Positions 34,865 to 48,299 are shown, counted from the first letter of the stretch. The stretch: 64,000 nt of DNA from Anthoceros angustus (GCA_010909165.1 MU008154.1:372001-436000); one strand, 5' to 3'. Made by a program: numbers and translations. The notes: generated by a model from the sequence alone, not told the origin.

Positions 34865-37800
34865 ATGAGGAATCGCACAGAGCCCAGGGGCAGCAGAAGT
34901 GCAAATCACGAAAGGAGCATCAGTGGGAGAAGCAGGAGTCGAAGTCGGGATAGGAAGGATTTGCATAGTCGAAGTCGGAGTCGTGACAGGCGGGATCTTC
35001 ACAAGAGTAGAAGTCCCAGTCGAGACAGAAAGGAGAGGCACAAGAGCAGAAGTCCGAGTCGAGACAAGAAGGATTCGCATTCTCACAAGAGCAGGAGTCG
35101 GAGTCGGGACAGGAAGGATTCGCATAGGAGCAGGAGTCGGGACAGGAAGGATTCACACAGGAGCAGGAGCCGGAGTGCCGAAAGGCGAGGTGGGGATCAT
35201 GGGGGGCATGGGAGAGATAGGAAGGAGCCTCACAGAAGCCGGAGTCGAAGTCGAGACCGAAAGGATCACAAGCGGAAGGAGATCGATGGAGTGGATGGCG
35301 ATCGGAAGCGGCTGAGAGGGGAAGACGGCTTGAAAGAGGTTGAGAGGGATGAGAAAGTGAGGAGAAAGGATGGTGATGATGACAAAATCAAAGCAGCTGA
35401 GAAAGGTGAGAAGGAAGGGAACGGTTTGGAGAGGGCAGCAGAGGGTATTCCGGCTGAAGATGGAGAAATACCTGATGACGCTACCAAAGAGGATCTGGCA
35501 GATGCTTCCGAAGGTCAGGGTGGAGGCAAGAACAGCGACAGCAAGAAATCCGGGGTGAGCCAACTCGTGGGCCTAGAGGGAATCCAAATTATGCATTATT
35601 CGAGTAGATGTAGATTGACTCGTGAGAATTAAGTGCTGTATGCATGCAGGTTTCATTGTTTGACCTGCTGGGTACGGGCGTCTGGGCCAATACTGTGTCA
35701 TTTGCTAGTCCATCGCTGCTTATGAGCAGGTTGTGCCCCTTCTTTTTTGAGGGACATTGGAGTGCATTGGTAGACATTGTCAGAGTTAGTGTCCAGCAAA
35801 TGCGTAGGAACTCACGGAAATTTCCCTTCCTGATGCAGCCCTTGTCGCTGGAGGAGATTTTGAAGAAACGGAAGGAGGACTCTCTTCAGCAAGCGAAGGT
35901 ATGCGTGTGCTGCTGTAAAGATTGCAGAAGATGTTGTTTCCCTCTTTCGAGGCTGGGCCACATGGGCATGTCGTGCTCACTTCCTGGGAACGTGTCTTCG
36001 CAGCCTGTGTTTTTAACTAAAGCTCAAAGAGAGCAGATCGCTCTCAAGCGACGTGAGGAAGAAGTTATTGAACAGAAGAAGAGGTCGCAGTCTTCATACT
36101 TTTGCAAAGTTGTGAAGTTGGCTCAGCAACTTATGAAAGCACAATATAGCAAGCTGAAGGTTTTTTCTTATATCCTGCAGGACAGAGGAGCGCCTCAAAG
36201 TTGCGGAGAGCAGTCGAAAGGAGCAGGAAGGTGTGCATCTTTTTGACTGCAGTCTGTGGACGGAAGTTCGAAATCCTCATTGGCAGGAGATCTTTATTCT
36301 CTCTGGTATTTGTTCCAGATAGGGATCGTCGGGAAAGGGAGAGGGAAAGAGAACATGAGCGGGAACGGGAAAAGGAACGAGAGAGAGAACGGGAACGTGA
36401 TCGCGAACGAAGAGAGCGAGAACGTGAGCGTGAAGAGGAGGCCAAGGGTCGTGAGAGAGAACGCCTTGAAAAACAAGCAGCTAGAGAACGTGAAAAGGAG
36501 TTGGATGCCATCAAAGAACAGGTACTGGACTTTTGGTGTTTGAGTGAAATGGGAGTACTTAGGTGTGGAGGGGCTTTGGTGGATGCAGATCAATTTATCA
36601 AGCTAGCTACTACTCTGGGTGCAGTATCTTGGAGCGAAAAAGTTGAAGAAACGCGTTGTCAAGCCGAGTGAAAAGTTTCGATTCTCTTTTGATTGGGAGA
36701 ATACTGAAGATACATCACGGGACATGAATCCTATGTATGTACCTTGCTGCTGCTTACGTACCACGGTTTGTTTCTTCTCCCTGTTTCCCGTGCCATGCCC
36801 AAGTGTAACGTTTCCGCTTTCTGTCAATCACAGCTATCAAAACCCACATGAGGCCCAGTTGCTCTTTGGCAGAGGATTCCGTGCTGGCATGGACCGCCGG
36901 GAGCAGAAAAAAGTATGTGTTTTTGTGCAAAATTGTACTTTGTCTTATCCTACCTTCTGGCTTTATGTTGAGGCTAATTAATCAAAGACTTGTGTTTTTG
37001 TGGGTTGTCTTAGCTTGCAGCGAAGAATGAGAAGGATTTACGAGCCCAAATTCGGGTGAGTTCCGACAGATCAAGTTTTTTTTGTGATTGTTATTTCTGC
37101 AGACGCCGAGTAGTTGTGGTTATTTTTAGGACTTACTCTCTGTGTTATCAGGCTAAAGATGGAGTTGAAGAAAAACCAGAAGAAGCCGAAGCCCAGAGGC
37201 AGAAAGATGAGGCTGCAAACGTTTATGACACTTTTGATATGCGTGTGGACCGGCATTGGTCGGAGAAGAAGGTCTGGGTTCATGCATTTTGTTGAACCTT
37301 ATCTTGAAGCACGGTGCTTGGCTGTAGAGCGTTCTGACAGAAAGGTGTTTGTGTGTTGCAGATTGAGGAGATGACAGAGAGGGATTGGCGCATATTCAGG
37401 GAGGATTTCAACATTTCGTACAAGGTGGCAGCTGTTACATGAACGATTCTAGATTTGCTTGTTGCATCTAGTAGGCTCGATGCAACTCAACTGTGTTCCT
37501 GTTGATTGCAGGGATCAAGGATTCCAAGGCCTATGCGCAACTGGGAGGAGGGATCCCTAAGTGTTGAACTGCTTAAGGCAGTTCAGAAAGCTGGATACAA
37601 AAAGCCATCACCTATTCAAATGGCAGCAATACCTATTGGTTTGCAGCAAAGGGATGTCATTGGCATTGCAGAAACTGGGTCCGGCAAGACGGCTGCCTTT
37701 GTTCTACCTATGCTTACTTACATCTCAAGATTGCCTCCCATGACGGAGGAGATAGAAGCAGAAGGGCCTTATGCTGTAGTCATGGCACCCACCAGAGAGC

Positions 37801-39839
37801 TTGCGCAACAGATCGAAGATGAAACTGTCAAGTTCGCTCACTACCTGGATGTTAGGGTGGTCTCGATTGTCGGTGGACAGTCAATCGAGGAACAAGGGTT
37901 TAAGTTGCGCCAGGGGTGCGAGATCGTGATTGCGACACCTGGTCGTCTTCTCGACTGTCTGGAAAGAAGGTATGGCTCCCTTTCAGTTGAGTCTAATGCT
38001 GGGAGCTGATAATGTCATAATGCTGGGTCATTATCCCGCTGAAAAAGTGTGTTTGCAGGTATGCAGTCCTGAATCAATGCAACTATGTCGTCCTTGACGA
38101 GGCTGATCGTATGATCGACATGGGTTTTGAGCCACAGGTAAACGCAAGTAACGTTTTGAAGGTGTCGTTTTTTCTTGCTCCAACGGCATACAAGCAGGAT
38201 ATGGACATCGTCCTTTGATCTGTGCAGGTTATGGGTGTGCTGGATGCAATGCCTTCCAGTAATTTGAAACCAGAAAATGAGGATGCGGTACGGCTGTCTT
38301 TTGTTGTAGAAGGACTATGTATTGGTTATACATGGATTGTGAAGGAAGTCCCTGTCGAATGTGCTCTGAATCTAAAATTTTTGGATGTTTGCAGGAGCTT
38401 GATGAGAAACGGATCTACAGAACAACGTATATGTTTAGTGCCACGATGCCGCCAGCTGTGGAGCGACTTGCCCGCAAGTATTTGAGGAACCCGGTCGTGG
38501 TACGATACATCTTATTTGCTAGCACCATACTACGCCTCAGCTATGTAGTTGTGTTGTCAGATAAGATTCTCATGAAATCGAGTACGCTTATGATGTGTTG
38601 CATGGCAGGTAACCATTGGTACAGCAGGCAAAGCGACGGATCTCATCACTCAACACGTCATGATGCTCAAGGATGGAGAAAAGCTGGACAGGTGAAAATT
38701 GACGGGAGAAGTCGTCATCTGCCCTACAGCTTTCCTGCCCGTTCTTCATCATGACTTGCCAGCCCTGGTGTTATGAGTCCTGGACGGCACCGAGTGTTGT
38801 CCCCCTGACGTTGATCATCATGTGCAGATTGCAACGTGTGCTGAATGACCTGGGTGAGAAGACGGCTATTATATTTGTGAACCAGAAGAAGTCAGCCGAT
38901 GCCCTTTCAAGACAGCTGGACAAGCTGGGCTACAGAGTGACGACCTTGCACGGTGGAAAAACTCAAGAGCAGCGTGAGGTATAAGCTGAGTTGATCGGGT
39001 CCTGACCCCGGCTGGTTTGTGGCATCATCTTTCGGTGTTCATCTGTAATTTGTTTCAAATACTGTGTTGCAGATAAGTTTGGAGGGATTCCGAAACAAGC
39101 GTTTCAACTGCCTTGTTGCAACTGACGTCCTAGGACGTGGAATTGATATCCCTGTAAGAGCTGTGGCGTCGCCTGTTCATCTCCCAGTCTCTCTGCACTT
39201 TGTTTTGGCACTTGGAAACGGGAACAGCGTCAGTTGAAGCACAGAACTGAATGGGCGGCACTGTATTTGATGATGCAGGACGTGGCCCATGTGATCAACT
39301 ATGATATGCCTGGGAACATCGAGATGTATACTCACCGGATTGGTATGTCGGTCCGCTTCTTGCCCTTGGACATCACTGATTGCAGTATGGGCTGGGTATG
39401 GGTGATCTGACCCGTCGGTATCGTGCTGTGATGTGAAGGTCGAACTGGGCGTGCCGGAAAGACTGGGGTGGCCACCACATTCTTAACACTCTACGACACA
39501 GAAGTGTTTTACGATTTGAAGCAGGTACATCGTAGTTGGACAAGTAGGAGGCCTTTCATAGAGCAGAGGTACCTACGAAAGCCCTTGGAAGTCCCAATGA
39601 TCAACTGTACCGTGGCCCTGCAGATGTTAGTACAGAGCAACAGCCCTGTACCCCCGGAGCTGGCCAGGCATGAGGCAGCGAAGTTCAAACCAGGTTGGTG
39701 GCTTGACATGTGCGCAAAGCGCCATCACGGCTGTCACTGCCTCGTCCCGAAACTCATTTCCTGCGTGTTTGTGCTTTGCATGACAGGCACCATCCCCGAC
39801 CGTCCCCCCCGGAGGAACGACACCGTATACGCCCACTAG
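34865..39839 (+). CDS. RH21: DEAD-box RNA helicase 21 (PRP28/DDX23 orthologue) with RS/RE-rich N-terminus, multi-exon
   Basis: SRSRDRKD repeats, [66 protein letters not shown]-terminal [11 protein letters not shown]. Confidence 0.96.
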
Positions 39840-41811
39840 CGAGGCCGCCATGCAGGTGCTCTGGCCGTACATGGGTGAAAGTGTGGTTCGAAATTCCATC
39901 CACATACAGATGTATGCAGACGCACGTACATGGACAGATACCCCGGCGAGATCCCGGTGTGTAAAGCGGAGTCGGAATATGGATACGCAGTTTCATACAG
40001 TTTTTGTATAGTTTTATAACGGAGTGTTGAAAGTAAGAGCCGCCGCTGTCCCGTGTCTACCCCCAAGAGGCAAGAGGCAGGGGCAGGGCAGCATGCGTGG
40101 GTGGGTGGGTAGGTGGGCGATGATTAGAGAGAGGGGGGTGGGGCCATGGGGATGGTGCTGCTACACTTGGCGAGAGCCTGGAGGCGGTGGTGGGCCCTGT
40201 GCCATGTGGGCCTGTCAGAAGGTGGGGCGCCAGATGGCCGGGCATCTTGCGGTCTCCTATCTATCCAGGGGCTCCAGTCACCGCTCGAGAAAAGATGGCT
40301 GCCATATCGTTTTCTGCTTTTTGCTGCCTTCCCTTTCCTTCCCTTCCCTTCCCTTCCCTTCGTCGGGACTCCGGCATGTGAGGGGAAACGAGCAGGCTAT
40401 TTCCCCCGCCCACTGCATACATGTGTGTTGCTACCCGCTACATTTATGTAACTTTTTACGCATGTGGGGATAAGACATAGTAAAATATGGTTAGATAAGT
40501 TTCCGGACAGGCCTTCCTGGCTCCTTCCCTGGCTTCTTTATGTACATAGCATGCGATGGCTTCTTTTCCCTTTGCTGCAAGGCCTGGGAAGACCTGCAGC
40601 ATGAGAGGAAGAAGCCATTACGTGTTGGATGCACAGCGATGGTATGGGTGTGGGTATGGGATGTGCATGCGCCGACCGTACCACTCGAACGCTATTACCT
40701 AATCCGATACTGTGAGCGGGGAGGACGGGGGTCCAGGCCCTCCAGGGGCTAATAAGGGGTGCGCGTGTCGGGCGCAGGGAAAGGAAGAGGATGTCGGCAA
40801 CACGTGCCCTGCTGCATGTCCCCAGATCAGTCGTTACGCTGGGTTCTTTCTTTTTATCAGCGTTAAAATCTGAATTGGGCGAGGCGGACGGCCCCCCCGC
40901 CCATGGCCCATGCGCGTGCAGCAGCGTCACGTGAAGCCGCATACCCTGCTTGTCGTTTCCGCGTGCCATGTGCCTGCCGCTTTCAATGCACCAGCGGAGC
41001 GGAGGCAGGTGTTTTGCGGTCTGGTAAAATGGGGGCATATTCACCCTCTTTCACCCCTTGGGGTAAAAGGCCCTGGTCCTTGTCTGCGGCCCACAAGCGT
41101 GCGCCGGCCCGGACGGGGCCGTGGGGCCCCCGTCCGCACCCAACTCATGGTGCGGAGAAGTTGGAGCCGCGGAACGGGCGGTCCTCAACGGCCTGCCCCC
41201 CTGCTCGCCCCTGTCCTCTTCCTGCACTAAATAGAATTCGGACATAAAGAAGCTGGGCACATACATACATGGGCGCTGCAGCAGAGCAGAGCAGATACAA
41301 CAGGCCATGCCCCCCCGCTTCCAAGTTGCGGATCAAATCTCCAAATGATGAGCCAAATATTCGGAGGACCCTCCCGGGCATGCATCACTTGCCCACTTGC
41401 CCCGCGCCCAGGAAGATCTCCGCAGATGCAGCAGATGATGCCCGGGCCCCAACCGCGTGCCCGACCGTGCGACGCGTCGCATGGGATGGCCTGGGCTGGC
41501 CCGCTACCGATGGGCGACGGACATTCTTTAATGTACCCCTTCCAAAATATGTACTCTCAAGGGATGTAAATGCTCACCTGGAAGGCAACACACAACCGCG
41601 CGGTGGCACCGCGCGTCGCTTCTTGTGGCCAAGTTGTTGTTGTTGTTGTTCCCGAAACTCGCCCGAGTCCACTCGAGTCACTTGGACCCGACGACTCCCC
41701 CATTGTCCAACTTGACGCCTTCCAACGGCAAGCGGCTGGTGCTCTTTTCCGCCTCCGGCGTGCGCTGCTCGCCTCTCTCCCTTCGCTCTTCTGGCTTTCG
41801 CACGGTGGGCC

Positions 41812-42438
41812 ATGGCGGACCTATTTCATCGGCTCACAGCATACGATGCCCCACAGCCTTCACACGCACCATCCGCTCCTGCTCTGCTTCCGCCTCCGCC
41901 TCCTCCTCCTCTTCCTCCTCCTTCTTCTTCCACAGCTGCTCCTCAGTCCTCAGCAGCAAAAAAAATTCACACTGCTCCATCTCCACAGCTAGGAGCTCCC
42001 GGCGCTTCCTCCTCCGACCTCGACCTCGACGTTGCAGCTCGCACCGTTACCGAAAAAAAGGCCTGCTTCTGCAAGTGCTTGCCAAGAGTGCGTCGAGAAA
42101 TCAACTTAGCGGCAACAGCAGCTACAGCAGCTACAGCAGCTACAGCAGCAACAAAAGCAGCAGCTACAGCAGCAACAAAAGCAGCAGCATCCGATCTGCT
42201 CGCCACCGCTTCCGACAATCTCACCTCCTTCTGGTCTAGCGTTCTTCCCCGCAACAATTCTGCGTCGGCCAGCGAGTCGTCTTCCTTGCTGCGAGCTCAG
42301 CTGCGGATCTTGCCATCCCCGATTACTCCAAAGCTCGACGAGAGATTGATGCTTCTCTCCCCCGCCTCCTCCATGGCTGCTTCAACGCGCGCAGTCGAGA
42401 CGAGCGCAGTGCATGTTCCGATCGCTGTGCCGCTGTGA
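41812..42438 (+). other. Low-complexity 208-codon ORF upstream of the TPR gene (long uORF or non-coding leader)
   Basis: The ORF spans (CCT)n and (GCTACAGCA)n repeats and is followed by a probable intron at 42435-42514 containing (CTCGA)n. Confidence 0.3.
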
Positions 42439-42568
42439 GAAGACTCCACTCTCGACTCGACTCGACTCGACTCGACTCGATCAAGATCGCTTCTCCTCTT
42501 CCCCGCGCTCGCAGGCTAGCGTAGCTGTGTGACACTCGGTGATCCTAGTGTAGCATTCCGTAGCAGCC

Positions 42569-43317
42569 ATGGCCGCGGCTAGAATGCTGTCCTTCGGCTT
42601 GACCAGAGCTCTGGTAGGGGAGGCCTGCATCTCCGCCTCCGCCGGCGACCGCAGGGCCAGACCCGCGGCTACCGTATGCCAGCTCTCGCAGAGGTCGCCG
42701 TGGGGAGCGTCTCTGCCGCGCCTCGGACACGGACCGGCGGGCGCCGACCTCGAGTGCAAGGTCCCCGCCTCGGACTCACCTCGCAGCAGCCCGCTGCAGC
42801 CGTCCTACTACGGGAGCCGGCGGTGGTGAGCCCGGCGTCGGAGTTCGTGCTGGAGGAGGCTGCGGTAGGCAGAGTGGAGTGCAATAGCCGGGGCTGCCGG
42901 CCCTGCATGGCGGAGCCCGACCCCGCGCTCATCAGCAGCTGGAGCACGGCGACGCGAGATCAGAACGAGGCTACTTCTGCCGTCCAGCAGAGCTCGAGGA
43001 TGGCCACCTACCAGACCCGGAGCAGCGCCAGGGATCGCAGCCTCCGCGGGCCCAAGCCTCACTTCCCCCTGGATTTCGCGGAGTACCTGAACGAGGTGTG
43101 GATGGAGACGGCCGCGGCGGATAAGTATTTCGCGGCCGCCTTGGCTGGCAACCAGAACGACGCCGCGCTGCTGGCGGAGTACGCTCAATTTTGCTGGACC
43201 TCGCTCTCCGACGCCGATCGAGCTGAGGGCCTCTTCAACCAGGCTTTGGAGCAGGCTCCCGACGATTCCAGTATTCTCGCCAGCTACGCCAACTTCCTCT
43301 GGCAGACTGATCAGTAA
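42569..43317 (+). CDS. Plant TPR-like superfamily protein; proposed exons 42569-42673 and 42787-43317
   Basis: C-terminal DAALLAEYAQFCW..DRAEGLFNQALEQAPDDSSILASYANFLW. Transit-peptide-like MAAARMLSFGLTRALV joins in frame if GTATGC(42674)..CTCAC..GCAG(42786) is spliced. Alternative start at 42676. Confidence 0.8.
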
Positions 43318-43660
43318 GTTATGACTGTCTGCCAGGATCCAACTCTTCCGACTATCATCTTCCCTCCCTGGCCTACACCAAGCAAGTCATGTGCTTCCAG
43401 TACGGATCTGTACAGTATACTCACTTTCAGCAACTCAGCTACTTGGATATCAAGTTTTGCAAGAATCCCTTCTCAAACGCATGTAAGGGAGCTGCAGCAA
43501 TCAACTAGTTGTTCCACGATCTAGATCTTCCAGCTGCCTCAACTTAATCTTCACTGTGGCCATGTGAATATCGCTGTTCCATCTTCCTTCCAGCTTAAGA
43601 CTGCTGTTTGTGCCTGGTGATTGAGAACCAAAATATGCTACCGAATGCAAGTGATTGTGA

Positions 43661-43791
43661 ACTCAATGACAGACTCCTTGTTCCACTTCTTCCTTCAGTG
43701 AATCAGTGAAGTCAATGACAGAATCCTTGTTCAACTTCTTCCTTCAGTAAACTCAATGACAAGACTCCTTGTTCAAATTCTTCCTTCAGTG
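43661..43791. repeat. Three ~40-bp tandem repeats between convergent genes
   Basis: TCAATGACAGACTCCTTGTTCCACTTCTTCCTTCAGT-like units at ~43661, ~43711 and ~43751. Confidence 0.9.
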
Positions 43792-44152
43792 TATCCTCGT
43801 GTTCATGCTCGATATGATGTTTGCTTCAAGCCTTGCACCATCCATTGATTCCCAATCTGTGGGAGCATGATTTTAGTGCAATCTCGACAGTCACTTCGAG
43901 GCTTCCTGTGCGTGCGCCACTGTCCGCATTTGTGCTGGGTAACTTTTGGAAGGTGGTCACGCAGCATGACGATAAAGCAGGCGCCACGAACAGACTGTTC
44001 TGCATGTCTTCCGCGTTCCCGACAGGGACGGGTTCACTAGCCAGGGGAAGAATCTGGTGGACTTTCTTCATTCCTCACAACTAAATTACAATGCCAGTCA
44101 CGACTACAGGCGACGACAATACAAATAAATCGCTTTCGCGACAGCCTAACAA

Positions 44153-45876
44153 TCAATGGGCCTGCGATTCTAGCAGTATGTTTGTAGCTACGTTTACATC
44201 ATTGCGGGCCCTTAACAGAGCTTGAGAGGCCATGGCCCTGTCGAAGCCCATTGCTACTAAAGTTGCCACGGACTCGTCCGACGGTTGCAACAGCGGAGCC
44301 AGAGGAGCAGAGGGCGCAAATCGGTTCTGCCACAGTGAGACACCAAAGAAAGTGAGACCAGGACTTCACTGTCAGAAAACCGCATCGACGATTGCACTTG
44401 TGCACTGCTGATACCTCATGCGGACGAGCGTCTGCTGGCCCTTGCGGCCTTCCTGAGCCCGGTGGTGGTGGTGGGGACGAAAAGAAAGGTGATAATAATC
44501 GGCTGGTAGCAGCTGCCAGAAAGTCAGGGAACTGCACGGCCGACATCCAGGACACTTGCCCACTGTTAGCAACCAAACGGTATCACCGCCGGATCACCGC
44601 AGACATAGTCAGAATGCCAGTGTGGACTAACCTTGAGTCTGCGTATTCCAAAGATGTTGGATCGATACGTGAAGCCAGCAAGGACCCCACATAGTCCTGG
44701 TATTAACGACCGTTTCCAGGATGACAACAAGAGCTGCGCAAACGAACAAACTGCACGTTAGTCACTGACAGCAGCATTTTCAACACAACTCAGCAGAAGC
44801 TTTTTACTGAGATCTGAGGCCAGACCTGCAAGCCAGCAGCATATATGAATGACTTGTCTGAAAACCTTGCACCAAAAACTCTGAAGCGAGTTGTGATTGG
44901 GATGTCGAAAAAGAAAGGTACAAAAGACGCAAAGATAAGACCATATGGCCCCGGTGCCAAGGAGTCCCCTCGGGTTGCTCGACCTATTGAAAAAAACATC
45001 GGTTTCCTCGTAATCAGAGAAGAGAAGCCAGCCAGGGCTGATGTTAGAGGGCATTTGCCCAACACAATCCCTCCTCCCATTAATGCAACGAAAAGGCATC
45101 CATGGCAACGCAAGACCCAGAACTGAACAGATGAGACATATTGATACGCTGAGTCAGCCTGCAGGAAATTTACCACGAATAGCTGCAAGACCGACCAGCT
45201 CTAGAATTGTGGTGAGCGTAGTGCTCACCAACAGGAACACCTACACCAAAAAGACAGAACCATCAGACTACCAAACTTGAGAGCCAAAACACCAGCCAAG
45301 TGCATGCCTGTTGACAAAACATTCAAGAAAAGTATGATCAACCGAACTTACAGCATACTTGTTGGATCCAATGTGTCTTTCAAAAACTCTAAAATAGTAG
45401 ACCAGATACAAGCCAAATATAGCCTCCGGAGTTGTCGAAAAAATCAAGGGCGAACACACAAGGCGCCAAAGTTGCAGCTTTCGGAAAATTCCCTGCCATG
45501 ACAAAGAGTTTCCCAATCAAGAACTTTCAATCGAGTGAGCTCTACCCTAAACACTGAGAACCGGAGATGCACCCGATCGGGAACCTGGCATACACCACAA
45601 AAGCACAACAGAAGACGACCAGAAAACAGATCTGGCACCTGGTAGGAGATGCTACACGCCCTTGAACCACCTTGAAGGCCCACGACTGATATGAATCCGC
45701 ATACCAGCACCAAGAGCTTCGTCACCGGAGCATTATCTAAAAGCAGCCACAGCCAGAACCACGGTCAGCTATTCCAGAAAAATCATTCAACAACGTCCAA
45801 ATCAACCATCAGTTGAAGTCCAAAAACAGGACGGAGCAGAGGAGCACTCACGGAAGCCAGACGGACCAGCGTTCAT
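44153..45876 (-). CDS. RBL20: Rhomboid-like pseudoprotease with C-terminal UBA domain (RBL20/UBAC2-like), multi-exon
   Basis: MNAGPSGF|.[87 protein letters not shown]. Confidence 0.93.
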
Positions 45877-46667
45877 GATGCACCCGCTGCTTCTTGCAAA
45901 AACCCTGCTTCCTCCGATTCCAGGCCCCGCGCTTAGCTAGCCCCGGAAATCCTCTTGCAAGGTGACTCACAGCAACCGAAGCCTCATCCCAGCTAGGGCA
46001 TCTCAAATCCTAACATCCCGCACTCTCGAGCTGATCGAGCCTGCCCGATCCCCTGGTCTGGAGCACTCGTGGCTCTGAATCCGCCACTTCCCCGAGCTAT
46101 CAGACCTCAATCTGCAAATTGTGTGCAAACCCAATAGCAGCTTCCGGAGACGAAACCCACGAGGACGGACGATGTGTGAAACGGGGACTGGTGCAAGCCC
46201 GTAACGTCACACTGTCAAACAATCTCCAGGGTGTATGTATGTCCTACTTTAATTTCTTTTTAGCGAATTCAGAGACTTCACTTCATTTTAAAATATATAT
46301 CGAAGTGGAGTGGAGTAACCCGTAGGGCACTAACAACTGGCGGCACTCCGAGGACGCTTAATTGGGGAGTTCTAACGAATCCATGTCACTTATTTGAAGG
46401 GAGGACAAATTATTGAATTTTTTTATACAAAATAGGAACCTCTACGTATATATATAGGTGCATGGAGATACAATAACAAGCCTCTAATAGAAGCAAGTGA
46501 GTTTCCATCTAGATAGCAATTATATTAAGAGGATTGTTATTGATTGGTTGTGTCGAGTTTGATGAGACGGACGCACACTTTTATACCGCATACCTAGTGT
46601 AAGTAAGGAGGGATGGAGTTTATAAAATACTAAATGATAAAGAAGCTCTTCCCGAATTGAGATAGCA

Positions 46668-46954
46668 ACATCTTGTGGATCCCAGATTACGACATCTTGG
46701 GGATCCAAAATTATGACATCTTGGGAATCCCAGATTACGACATCTTGGGGATCCGAAATTACGACATCTTGAAGATCGTAGGGTATCCCAGATTACGACA
46801 TCTTGGGGATCCGAAATTACGACATCTTGGGGATCACAGATTAAGACATCTTGGGGGATCCCATATTACGACATCTTGAGGATGCGGAATTACGACATCT
46901 TGAGGATAACAGATTAAGACATCTTGGGGATCCCAGATTACGACATTTTGGGGG
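46668..46954. repeat. 24-bp minisatellite, 12 units, consensus GACATCTTGGGGATCCCAGATTAC
   Basis: Units start at about 46668, 46692, 46716, 46740, 46764, 46798, 46822, 46846, 46871, 46895, 46919 and 46943. Confidence 0.95.
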
Positions 46955-48167
46955 CGACATGTAGCTTCAAGGTGGACACTCGTGGGGGCTAGTCCTCTTT
47001 TGGGCTTGGGGCCCTCTTGTGAGTTGTGCCTCAGTGTGGATGGGACTTCTATGTCTGCTTGTTTTATAAAGTCTCCATGTTCCTTTAAAAATAAATATTT
47101 ATATTATTTTGGGTGGATAGATTGGGTATTTATATTCCACTTGATTCAAAGAATCTTGAAAGGCTTTATAACAATGGAGATAATCGACTAGGAAGCGCTG
47201 TGGAGCCCTACCACAATCCAAGAGATCCTCACAACAGCTGTCGTATGTAAGGCAGCCCTGTGAAGCTTTACAACTAAGGTTGTATATCCGACTAGAGGAT
47301 CCCTTAACCACGAAGCTCCAATGAGCTCCTAAAGTAAAAAAGGTAAAATAAAATCAATTTATAACTACCTTGCTGAGAAGTGCATGAGTTGGTATGCGTG
47401 CAATCTCCTAGTTGAGAAGACGCAGCCACTAATTAAAGAGATGTCTAGGGAGGACCTCTAAGAAATATATCAATGGTCTGCCAATATTCCAGGGGATAAC
47501 AAATGGCTGGTTGGGGCCAGCCTGGGATACGTAAGATTAAGGGCTTAGAGATCATATTCTATGTTTTGTATTGACAAATGTGGAGAGCTTGGCTAGAAGA
47601 GTTTGTAGTTGAGTCAAGTGTCATAGGCAGTTGGCCGTAGATGGCCCAAACTTTGTTATGTATATTCTGGAAGTGAGTAAAGAGCAAGCCCTCAAGGATT
47701 CAGGTTGTAACAAGGTAAATATGAAGTAAATATAATAAAGTAAATATTGTGATAGATATGAAGAGATAACATAGGTGAATACTAGTAGAATATGAACAAA
47801 TAAGTTAGGGTAAATAGAGGTCTGATGCATGTTAGCCTACTCAAGGGAACAACTCACTTGCCCAAGCGCGGCATCAGTTACACTAAAAATATAATGTGCC
47901 CAAAGAAGTGGGTAGCTTGAGCGGTCTACTTTTACACAAGTGTTTTTGAGTCACGTGGTGAGTTTAGGTCGTCAATTGCATAACGGGTTGCTTGCAACTT
48001 TACTTTACTTTATTATATGTGGGTAATCTCACACCGAAGAGAAGAGCCCAATGGTGTCTTTGAGTCATCACTTGGATAGCAGGTTGCTTGGAGCCTAGTG
48101 ACGGAAATCCCATGATGGAAATTCGTCCTTACTGGACTTAAATAAAATTCTTCTTCTTCTTCTTCTA

Positions 48168-48299
48168 GTGTTGCATTGCAAGAATGAGAGGTTAGTGAGA
48201 TTATGCAAGTCTTGGGTGTCAGGCCTAGGATCTCACCAATTCACTCCTCACTCTAGACATGCACAATCTCACATAACTCTCATTCTCACAACGCAGCAC
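48168..48299. repeat. 132-nt imperfect inverted repeat (small MITE or hairpin RNA)
   Basis: GTGTTGCATTGCAAGAATGAGAGGTTAGTGAGATTATGCAAGTCT pairs with AGACATGCACAATCTCACATAACTCTCATTCTCACAACGCAGCAC. Confidence 0.85.

Noticed and set aside
34751-36593. Long antisense or alternative-frame ORFs over RH21
   Set aside because: Shadows of RS/RE repeat coding sequence.
39118-39153. Atypical helicase motif V (ATDVLGRG)
   Set aside because: This position varies among PRP28-type helicases and all other motifs are intact.
46520-46879. Repeat-protein ORFs (DILGIPDY / DPQDVVI)
   Set aside because: These are by-products of a 24-bp unit; the frame shifts mid-array and there is no gene context.
46668-46954. 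CRISPR array
   Set aside because: Units are contiguous with no unique spacers, there are no cas genes, and the context is eukaryotic; it is a minisatellite.
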